A program made the position numbers and the translations under genes. 64,000 nucleotides of DNA from Paraspadella gotoi (Eukaryota; Animalia; Chaetognatha), in assembly GCA_051294375.1 (NCBI GenBank), contig CM119269.1:16171010-16235009 (forward strand). Direction: 5' to 3'. Below the pieces are notes generated by a model. That model was not told the origin of the DNA. It was given only the letters and a program-made list of their open reading frames with translations, and ran no database searches. Shown one piece after another: positions 53,274 to 64,000 of this stretch. How positions within the stretch are numbered: position 1 is the first letter of the stretch; each line of letters starts with the position of its first letter.

Positions 53274-53772
53274 CCTATTTCCGACGATTCCGATCTTCTC
53301 CACTTCTCCGTCAGCGAAACTCGTCCAGGAGATTCCTCGTACAAAATAGCGAGTTCGCGTCTATTCCGTTGGCTCTTTCCGTCGGCGCCGCAACCGTTTG
53401 ACGCCCAAAACCGAAATCCTATTGGCGGTCGACGAGCGGTACGTGACGTATGGGAAGATGCGAAGGAAAACTTGACGACGTTTTTGGGTTCGGCGAAACG
53501 AAACCAGAGGCGCTGAGGGAGGATAGACGACGACGAAGACGACCAAAACGACGACGACGACGACAAGAAAGAAGACGATCTTTGAATGGAGAACGCCGCC
53601 TCTGGTGAAGCGCCGTCCGCCCAAGAGGACGCCGAGGCGGCGNNNNNNNNNNAAACTTCAAAGGTAAAGTTGACGGGATGGAGTGGGAGTGAGTCGCCGA
53701 CGCTGACGATGGGCTTTAGACGAGGAGGTGGAGAAAGGTCTGGAGGTAAGTTCAAGGCGGCGCCGACGATTT
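53274..53772 (-). CDS. RTK exon 2 (discoidin/F5-8 type C-like domain; contains an N-gap)
   Basis: ctcag|; ASASSW..PEAAF..FWSS..PQRLWFRFAEPKNVVKFSF..PIGFRFWASN pattern resembles galactose-binding/F5-8C-like folds. Confidence 0.7.
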
Positions 53773-54279
53773 CTGAGAAATGTTTATAGGGATTTTATTG
53801 GAAATTTCTTAACTTGGAGAAGCGAAACTTCAATTAAATATTACGTGATTGAACAATGCGTTATGAATTACTTTGCATTTGACTTCTCGCATGGTTGAAT
53901 ATTATTTAAATAATTTTACTGAAGAAAAAAAAATATATTTAGTAGTTATGATGATCGTCGATATTATTTGTGTTATTTCTGCCTGTGTCATTTGAGTCAT
54001 TTGAGTTTTTTTGCAAGCTTTTATCTGCAATGTATTCAGTTATGGCACATCATTTCAAAGTCTTTTATTACTGTTTTTTTCTCGTTTTTTTTTTGGCTAG
54101 TTACAAAGAATTATTTTAACGATAAAAAAAAATTATCGTTTTTCTTTGTGTGATAATCGGGAGTGCAATATTGATGTAATAGTGAGAGATAAAAATCAGA
54201 GTTTTTTGATAAAAAACATAAACAATAACTGAAGTATTAGAATTATCAGAATTACTAGTTTGCGTTATGTTTTGTTTAC

Positions 54280-54343
54280 CTCTTTTTCCTAAACAAATAT
54301 TGGAAACTACGACGAAAAAAGCGAAGACGGAAATGAGAGTCAT
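54280..54343 (-). CDS. Receptor tyrosine kinase exon 1 (signal peptide)
   Basis: aaaATG; MTLISVFAFFVVVSNICLGKR with a hydrophobic core; phase-1 donor G|GTAAAC compatible with exon 2. Confidence 0.75.
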
Positions 54344-55057
54344 TTTTGCGATTGATGAAAATCTTCGTTGAGACAGAAAATAAACAGTCGGAGAACGAGA
54401 GAGTAACGAGTGAGTAACGTTCGCCCGCATGATTAACGGAAGCGTGAAAGAAGAAGGAAGCAGTGTGAAATAGTCGTCGCGTCAATGATCAGTTTATTAC
54501 AGTCGATCGACCACAATCACGAGATATATTGTAGATGGCCTCAAGAAGTCAAGTCAAGTTTAATCAGTTGTTGGATAAATTTTTTTTTACAACGGGCTCG
54601 TGATTAGAATAGATATCTCGTTCGCTACTTCGGCCAATCAATTTTTAAATTTCACAATTTATATTTAATAAAAACATAACATGATTATAACACTTTTAAA
54701 AATGAGAAAGTAAGAATCTCCAGTTTTTTTGTCGATTCAAGACTTCAGATTGTCTTTTGTTTTTTTTTTTTCCCTCGAAGATAATCTTTCGTCACTCATA
54801 AAAATTCCCGAATTCTCCGCCAGATCACCGAACGAACGAATATATTGGGTGATAAATAGGAAAGTTCAAGGCGACGCGGACAAATGATATTGGACGAGCG
54901 ATGACCGGGGGTTGGGGCGGTGAGGGGGGGGGGCTGGCGGAAGAACGGAAGAAAAACAAAATCCAATGCGAGAGAAAATGAAATGAAGTCGAGAATTTGG
55001 AGGTGAAAACGGAGTACAGTATGAACATATGAGAGGAGAGAGAGAGAGAAGAGAGAG

Positions 55058-55096
<39 letters not shown>

Positions 55097-55349
55097 AGAG
55101 AGAAAGAGAGAGAGAGCGCTTTGCAAGCTTCAAATCGGCCCAAGTTAATTTTATTTTTTTTTTTTTTTTTCTGAAATAAAAGAGACAATTTGACAATTAA
55201 GACAATAAGAAGATTAAACGATTTGAAACAATATGACATTTAAACAATAAATGAGTATTGAGCAAGACTAATTGCACTAATGGCACTAAAAATAAAATTC
55301 AAACAATTAAGGATCATTGCGGACATTGCAAATATCAATGAAAATCATG

Positions 55350-55530
55350 AGTGAATATTATCATTATGGTTCCTAACCTTTACACTAGGCCATTTGCCTT
55401 TTTTTTTTAGTCTTAGACAGAAAACTTGGCAAATGAAAAAAACGAGTAAATACTATCATTTATGGTACCTAACATTTATACTAGGCCATTGCCTTTTTTT
55501 TTTTTAAGTCATAGACAGAAACTTGTCAAT
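55350..55530 (+). repeat. Diverged tandem duplication, two ~95-bp units
   Basis: 'gagtgaatattatcattatggttcctaacc..ctaggccatttgcc..tagacagaaaacttggcaa' repeated from 55444. Confidence 0.75.
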
Positions 55531-57748
55531 TTTTTTTTTTTTAAACGCAAAGAATACATGATACAAACATGGATTGAGGGGGAAATTATATTCAGAGTTT
55601 GAACTTTGAGGAATTGCATCAAAGAAAACGAGAAGAACTTTGAAGAAAAATTGATAATGACATTTGATGACTTGATCTGAGAAAAAAAAGAGAGAGAGAA
55701 ATAGAGAAAGAGTATTCTGGGAAAAAAGGCGGTTGAAGCAAAACGTTTTCTTGAACGAGAAAACTTGAAAAACAATGTTGCAGAATAATTTGTGGTTAAT
55801 TTTAAATGAGATTATTCTGCTACATATTCTGCTACAACAACAACTTGCCAAGCAAACGCCAGTCTGAATTTCACACATTCCTCGAGTCGCTGTGCTGCGA
55901 TGCTATAACCAACCTACAAAAGACGAACCGATGTTTCACGAAATTTGAAAATTTTCTGCAATCGCTGACAATTTGCAGCGGAACTGCTTCGACCGCGAAA
56001 ACTTCGAGTGACAAAGCGCGACAGGATGCGGCAAGATGCGGCAGGATGCGGCAGGTGGTTGCGGAAGTGTTTGCCCCGTCCTTTGCTCCCTTCTCGGTGT
56101 CGTCCTCTGGAGGGAGAGAAGCGCATCTTTTTGTTCCTTCCATCTGTCATAATCAATCATCCCGACGCCGCCGACGCCGCCGACACCGGCGACGCCGCAG
56201 ACGCCTCCGACGCCGCCGACGCCGCCGACCCACATCTTTCCAAAGGCCGCGAACAAGATGCCAGTTTCTCTCCTAGGCCCTTTACCACAGATGCCGCTTC
56301 AAACTGCCACGAATGCCACAACCGCGGCTGCTACGCTCTCAACGACCGACCTCACTACCACTGTCACGCATGTCGCCGCCGCAGACACCGACCGCTACCG
56401 TTGCCACCTCTTATTCCGACTGCGCCACCTGAGAAGAAAACCGCCTACGACAGCGAATTTCATTGAAACGCTTGACCTCCGCAGAAATCGAGAACGCCGT
56501 GGTTGCCATGGTGATGAGGAAAGACGACGACGAGGAAGACGACGACGACGATGATGATGCCAATAAGGAACGCATGAAAAAAAAGGATACGAGATGATCT
56601 ACAGAAGAGCTCGAAGCGAGGAATGGTTATGGAGAAAATGGTGAAGGAAGAAGAGGGAGTGATGAGAGGAAAGGAAGAATGTGTGGATGTGTTTTAACAG
56701 ATATTAGAGTGAATTTATATTAGTTTAGGTGAGGAAAAAAGATAAAGAAATAAAAAAGACACGTATAAACTGGATAATTAAGGAAAAAATAAGATATAAA
56801 AAAAGGAAAGAATGAGAGCACCAAAAAAATTAAGCAAGAAAGGAAGGAAATTACAATATAAGTAAAGAAACGGGATTCCCCGTTGTCATTCTCGCTATTG
56901 AGATATCATTACATTGTCTCTATTTCTCTCTTTCTACTCATTCCCACGGCCCCGAGAGATTGTTAAGTCTTTCTCTTCCCTCCTTCATTCATTGGGTCTT
57001 TTCCTACCTCCCTTTTCCCCTCTCCCAACTCTCCGATGGTCAAACCAGTGGGAAAAAATATTTCTACTCGTACAGATTTTATGATCTCATTTGTTTGGCG
57101 CGATTAACGCCGCGGAAGAATCGGGGGAAGGGAGGAAGAGGGAGGGAAGAGGAATGGGTTGTTAAAGGCGAAAAGCAGTGGGTAGGAGGTGGGAGAAAAA
57201 TGTGGAAAGAGAAATTGTACAATCGGTGACCATGGAAAGCGAGAAAGAGTTGTTGGAGTTTAAAAGTTTAAAGTTGTTTAGTTGGTAGGAAGTTGGGTTG
57301 GTAAAAAAAATGGAACGAAACCTTTAAAGTGAGTTAAGGTTAAGTATGGGGTTGGTTTTACACGGAATTTTCGATTTTTTAAAGAGGCGGTGAGACTAAA
57401 AGGAGTAGAAGGTTAATTTAGGGATCGGGCAAAGAAAGAAGAAGAGATTTTAGAAAAAAGTAGACGCTGGGAAAGAAAAAAAAAAGCTTTGTCAAAAGTT
57501 GAGCGGTAGAGTCAGTTCAGCACAAGTCGCCCGACCCGAGAGGAATAGGGCAAAAGTAGGCGGCTCGGTCAAAAGCCGGAATGGGGGGGGGGAAATAAGT
57601 GAGGCGGTGGCGGGGTGGTTCGGGGCGAGGAAGAGTGGGTAAGGGAAGGAAAGCGAATGACGCGCAGGGAACGAGTCGTGGTCGATGGTCGCTCGGTGGA
57701 AATAATGCAAATTGGTCAGACAAGAAATGGAATGGAGATGAGGGGAGG

Positions 57749-57847
<99 letters not shown>

Positions 57848-59317
57848 ATAACTAGGTGTGTAGAGATTGACACATGAGGATATAAGTTAAACGCCGCGTG
57901 ATGATCAGGTATTATCTTGCTGAGGATGTTGATGAGTCTGGGGAGAAGTGAGGAGAGAACGGAGGAGAGAAAGGGGAGAATGATGAGAGGAGAGAGGGGA
58001 AGAAGAAGAAAGAAATAAAGAGAAGGGGAAAAAGAGGAAAGCAGAAAATAGGAAAAGAAAGGAAAGTAATAAAGTAGGAACATAGAAAACAAAGGAAAAG
58101 AAGAAGTAGCGCAATGTGGCTCAAATTCCGAGAAAAGGGGAAGAATAAAAGAAAAGAATGAAATGAGAGATAAATAGAGAATTAATTAAGAAGAATGAAG
58201 GAGATGATAAAGAGAAGCATTAGTGAGAAGAATGAAGGAGGAGAATAAGTGACATTTGTATTTAAAAGAATATAATAGAACGCAAAAGAGAATGTTTCGT
58301 AAGAAAGAAAATTGAGAAAAAGAAAATGTTAAGATTAATTAAAAGAAGGCGAGGGACAAACGAGTCCAGAATTTTAATTAAAAAAAAAATTAAAAGAAAC
58401 AAGAAAGAAGAAAAAAACAGGGAAGAGTCAAGAGAAGAGAACTAAGTATACCGAAAACAAAGGAGAGTACAAAACTAAAAAAAAAAACAAAGAGATAACT
58501 AGAAGGAAAACCGGGCGATTACCCCTCGTTCACCTCCCTCCCTCCACCACAGACACAAACTACGCTTTCACTCGCCGCTGCTGCTGGCAAATACTTCCAC
58601 GGCGGCAGCTGCCGCTCCTGCCGCTCTGGAATCCAGAAAAGGAAAAAAAAAGTGAGCATGAGACGAAGGGAGAAGCGGAGAAAGGGCGAGTTCCGCGGTC
58701 AAGGTCAAAGTGGTCAGCCGGGTCCTTTTTTTTTCCGAGACGGCGCGGGCGGAAGGGGGGGGTAAGGGGGGGGGGTGAGGCGACCGGTTGTGAACTCTCC
58801 CGACTCCTCCTGTCACCGATGGCTCGGTTGTGACCCAAACAATGACTCGCCTGGCGACGTTAGATTCTCGTTGGGGTCGGGACGGAAGGGGAAATCCCGG
58901 AGGACGGGTCATTAGAGCTGAGATGGGATGAGGTAATGAAGTGAAGTAATTTGTAAGTGGACTCGTGTATTTGACGGTAATGTATTGTATTCGGACATAA
59001 GCCCTTCCGGTCCAAAGACCGTAAACTGCAGTGATTAAAATTGTCGCGATGGGTTGCAACGATTTCAGAAACATTGTTTATACAAGACTAGTGATTTTAA
59101 GAGTCTTTTGTTTTTTGTTCCATTGTTGTGTCGCGACGGGCAATTTAACCCAAAAGGCGAATCGAGTCACTGATGCGTTTGGATCACTATTAGTTCGTGA
59201 ATCGAAAAAAGGTTGCGGGGTCAAGGAATATCGTGGTTAGTTCGATTGACCATCGGTATTGAGGAACTTTTTACCGACTTTTACTTTTCGGTCCATCGGT
59301 ACAGATTGTCGGTCTAT

Positions 59318-59390
59318 CAGGCCGCCAGGCTAGAACCCCGGAGCTTTGGGTTGGGAGGCGAATGACTTGCCTCCGGCACCAATGGCCGCT
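59318..59390 (-). mobile_element. Degenerate tRNA-derived SINE head / tRNA pseudogene (Gly-CCC-like)
   Basis: Minus strand GGCCATTGGTGCCGGAGGCAAGTCATTCGCCTCCCAACCCAAAGCTCCGGGGTTCTAGCCTGGCGGCC resembles the tRNA-Gly layout (CATTGGTG..TCGCCTCCCA..CCGGGTTC), but the stems are broken. Confidence 0.45.
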
Positions 59391-59617
59391 GATGAACGGT
59401 TGGTGGATTTTAGTCCACCATAGGTATTGTTTTTCGTCTTCTTGATACGTTTAGGTTTTAAAATCAACAATCGGCATCAAAACAAACAAAATAACAGAAA
59501 TGAGGCACTAACAACTAAAAAGTTTCTTTTTTCTTTTTTGAAATTGGAATTTAAAAATTAAAAAATTCAAGCAAATCACGAATTCGTCAGCGTCTCGGTC
59601 CAAGGAACTTGAAACCC

Positions 59618-59662
<45 letters not shown>

Positions 59663-62600
59663 AAAAGTCGACGTTGACGACGACGAAAACGAAAATGAAT
59701 GACTCACTGAAAATCGTGCGACCAAAGTTTTTTCTGATTTGACCACATTTCGAAGAGTGATGATGATGATGATGATGATGATAATGACAACAAAAAAATT
59801 ACCGACCATTCCAAAATTCTGGAAATGCTAGTGATTATAAATAATCATTTTCTGTTGCCTAAATATTACATTGATAAGATTGCTAATCCATTCTTTATAT
59901 TCACTTATTCAAAAAAAAGGGAAAAATTAAAACTTTAAAATAGGTTAATTTGTGTCTGAATAAAAAATAATTGCAAAATAATAAATAAATAAAAAATCAA
60001 AAGAAAATGGATGTTATTGTTAATGATTTTCAAAATGGTCATCAGAGCCTTGTACGTGACCGTAGCAGTCAATTCATGAATAACCTTGGAACGGTTTCGA
60101 AATTAAAAAAAAACATTTATACAACGTTCTGAATATATATAATATTATTAGGATATAGGTAATTAGTACAAAATCAGTATTTTTATGAATGATTCATATT
60201 ATGAAAAAATCCCAGCCAGTAAAAGGAAAACTGAGGATAAATAGAAACAAAAACGAGGAAATGAAAGAATGAAAGAAAAGGAAAATAAAAACTTTTGAAT
60301 ATTGAGACACAAATACGCAAAGGGAGTTTTTGTAACAAAACGACACCAATACTCACAAATACTTTCATTTGGAGTTGATAAAACCAATATAAAATTATCC
60401 TTTCATTCAATATAAGTTAAATAAGTTATTTGGTCCCTGACTTTGTCCAGACTATAATGGGTTAAAGCCTCCACGCCACTTACAATAAAATAACAGAGTA
60501 AGATCGAAAAAGAAAATTGGACAATGCAATTACATAAACTACTACCAAAGCTACAAACTAAAAAATGAAGAGATAAGAGTTTTTTTTTTTTTTTTTTTTT
60601 GCACCGCATATAAAATTTATACCCGAACAGCCCTAACCTTTTTACGCCAAGGGAGAATTTTTACTCCCATTGACCGACGAATGAAAACAAATTCTTTTCT
60701 TTCAAATTCGATTTTATCTCGATTCTGCATCAAAGAGACTTTTTCGACCCGATTGTTTGCGGTTTTTTTTTGTATGATTGAAGGGAAAAATGAATATTTC
60801 ATGAATCAAGTAAAATAAAATATCGCGTATTTAATAGTTTAAAAAATCAAATAACTCAAAAATTATATTCAAAACGTGGTAAAATAATTTTGGTTTCTCA
60901 CAGTATTTCCATAATTGTCCTCGTTACTGGCGGCCACAAAGAAACCCCCACGCTTTTCTGAACTCTAAAAAAACTGTATGTCATTCAAAGAAATGGGCAC
61001 AAAGGAAAAAAATAGTCTCCAATCCAAGGTTTTGAGCATCTGCCATAAATAGGTTAGAACGAGTTAAGGAGGGCAGGAAGGAGGGAAATTCTCTTTCAAA
61101 GGAGGCACGCTCGAGGTTTTTCATCTTTTTTAACGCTTTACTTCAAAACAGAGAAAAAAAGAAAAAAAAAGCATTTTCCCCCCTTGTCCCTCAGAAATCT
61201 CAGTCTTTTTATCTTTCAATGGTGTATTTGTGCCTCATTTTTGTCCCAATATTACTCAATTGCGAGCAGCTGGGCGATTTGAGCTGTCGCAGTTTGTTAG
61301 GCAGTGCTGTACGTGCGATTGCAGCGCTGCGACCTCTGCACCGCTGTTACATACGCGTTGAACCACGGTTGTTAGTGGCCTTTGACGCCATTGCGAGTCC
61401 TATATATACTAAGCCAATGGCAGCACTGCTAGGCACAACCCACAATCATGGAGGTGGAAGGCGCGAGCGACCAGTGCAGCGTGAGGTCGCGCTCTGTGAC
61501 GTTTCCAGCGGGCGAAGCGATGAAAGAAATCGTTTCTCTTTCTCTCTCTCTCTCCTATTCACAAAAAATAGAGAAAAACTTGCAAACCAAGAAATGAGCA
61601 ACAATACCCGTTTCTTTTCAAAAAAAAACTTTTTTGAATGAAATATCGGACTCTTTTCAAGGTGTTTTTGTTGATTTGAACTTTCTTTAGAATTTGAGCA
61701 GCGTCTGACATGGCTAGTCCGCAGCGTTAACTGCAGGCAGCGCTGCAGTGTTATAACAAGTGATTTTTTGAAAGGAGGCGAGGCAGCCACCGCATTGAAC
61801 CAAATCATTGGAAAGCCCTTGCCATTGCCTCCGAATCTGCTGGCACTCCTGACCATTTGGGTGCATATTTTATGTGTGACTGCCATCAGGGGCCAGCATA
61901 ATGCAGCAGCCTAAGTTGCTTGGCTTCTTTTCACCAATAGTAGAGCCCTTTGCCCAGGGAAAGAAGACACTTGGGAAAGATATAATAAGGCGGAAACATT
62001 GGTTAAAAAAATATCTATCACTGAAAACCTGATAGGCAAAGTTAAAAAGGTTATCTTAAACCGATTACGTAGGTGATTTTGATTTTTCTTACTTGAAAAT
62101 TGAATAGAAATTTATTTGAATAGAAGGAATATTTTTTTTGTTCTTATTTACCAAAGCTTTAATGGTATTGTGCACAAGTTTTTGTGGTCACAGCGCTGGG
62201 GCAGTTCAAATTTAGAAGAGATAACGAAGCGGCGAGGGATGGAACTTTACGCTGCAGCTGCAGCGTCTTCCAAAACCTTCACCCAACAGCTGCCCATCTG
62301 CGCTAAGCTGGTTTTTAAGCGAGTTTTCATCTAGTAAGATGATCGAACTTATGATTATGTAAATTACATATTTTTCATCTTTACATTATCAAAACGGTTA
62401 TTTTATCCGTTAGCATAGGCATTATCTTTATTTGTCTAGGGCTTAAATGTATTTTCATAATTTTAAATATTGCTAATTTTTAAATTTAGAACATAAGTAA
62501 TTTTTAAAAAACAATAATTTCTCTAACGTATTAACGTTTTACAACATTTGTATATTGTATGCGATTTTATAAAATTTATAATAATAAAATATACATATAT

Positions 62601-62697
62601 ATATTTTTTTTAATCGTAAAAATAAAAAATTATTTAAATAATATATATTAAAATGAAGTAAATTTTGAATTAAGGTAAGAAAGCACTGTTGGTTAGA

Positions 62698-62736
<39 letters not shown>

Positions 62737-63075
62737 TTTTCACAACTATTTGAGTTTTTGATTTGAGTCCTAAACAAGGATTCGTTTGGATGCAGGTCAG
62801 ATTCGACAAAGGGAAAAGTGACCTCAAGCTCGAGAACCCCAGACTCGTGCCCCCTTTTTCTTTCCCGCCCGCGGAGTTCTTTTCTTTTTTCTCTTTCTTT
62901 CTTTCTTTTTCCTTTTCACAATTCTTTACCTTTTTTTCTTATTGTCGAAAGGTGTTCCTCCCCCAAATTCTTTCTCCTTCGTGTTTTTCTCGATGGTTCT
63001 CTGAGCAGCTCGAATGCGAACTTGAGTGGAGGCCCATTTCGCCCGATTACAAACGTTTCAAAGACTTTAACCACG

Positions 63076-63128
<53 letters not shown>

Positions 63129-63453
63129 ACACACCCTCCCATCGGAAAAGATTTTCACTAAGATATTACAACAAAAGCTTTGGACGTCTCGTCCAGCGAC
63201 CGTGAACGTTTCGCAGGACTTATGATATCCGACTGACTCGGAGATTTATGCAATTTTAATCTTATATCTATCATTTGATTCAAATCGTCGATTCATGAAA
63301 GAAATTCTGAATTCCGCGACGTGAATGGAGAGAGAGAATGAGAGAGAGAGAGAGAGAGCTGCGGACAAACAATCATCTCAAAGATCTGAGCGATTATGTC
63401 ACAAATCACAACTCATTCACAAATCTGAGCTCGACGCCGCTTATCACGTCTTT

Positions 63454-63519
<66 letters not shown>

Positions 63520-64000
63520 TTATTTTATTTTTAAAATTTTCGTCTACGATTTCGAAAACAGCGTGAGCGAATTGTACGCATTTGGGATTATTTCTTCTTT
63601 TAATTTAACTTTAATTTAACAGGGTTGAAAGAGTATATTTGTAGTTGAAATAAATTAAAATAACTCGGACTTTTAATTCGGTAAAAAGGAAGGAAAACGG
63701 ATTTCAATCATATGATAATTACTACTGGTTACCAGATTTGTTAGAAGTGTGATATCAGGTTTGATGATTAAGATTATTGTGATGATGATAATTACGAAAT
63801 AATTATAAACGGAAAATGATACTGATAAAAATAAGATGGACTCTAAAATATCCGCTCAGCAACTGATTAGAATTTTTCGATTAAATGCTACTTCTTTTAA
63901 AAATATTTGACTTATTATAGCGCTATGAGTATGATGTCTCATATCTGTTCCGAAATCTTTCGAAACTAAATCTTTTCGCTTGTGCGTAATTTTTTTAATA

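Noticed and set aside
56502-56515. RFX X-box-like GTTGCCATGGTGAT
   Set aside because: Single imperfect site with no identifiable adjacent gene start.
58568-59074. 168-aa minus-strand ORF with a hydrophobic N-terminus
   Set aside because: No domain or splice support; the C-terminal half is low-complexity GC-rich sequence.

Overview
Low-quality draft sequence from an animal (invertebrate-like) nuclear genome. It is very rich in (AG)n, (GAC/TCG)n and (TTTC)n microsatellites and has several N-gaps and locally duplicated segments that look like assembly artefacts. Most ORFs in the supplied track are microsatellite noise. The best-supported genes are all on the minus strand: (1) a complete 3-exon H-type ferritin (11898-11208) with a GC-AG first intron and a 5'-UTR iron-responsive element; (2) a 10-exon, ~1170-codon single-pass receptor tyrosine kinase (54343-48785) with an unusual architecture of signal peptide, discoidin/F5-8C-like domain, four 6-Cys sushi/CCP modules, TM, NPxY and a Src/Frk/Tec-type kinase domain; (3) a tandem cluster of three related small signal-less single-pass membrane protein genes (33.6-36.9 kb) that I cannot assign to a known family. 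Also present: a candidate C/D-box/K-turn RNA, tRNA-derived SINE-like heads, a LINE 3' fragment, a HINE/Helitron-like element, and candidate regulatory modules (CRE plus triple CCAAT/ERSE-like; a DR5 nuclear-receptor element). All exon structures were derived by hand and no database searches were run.
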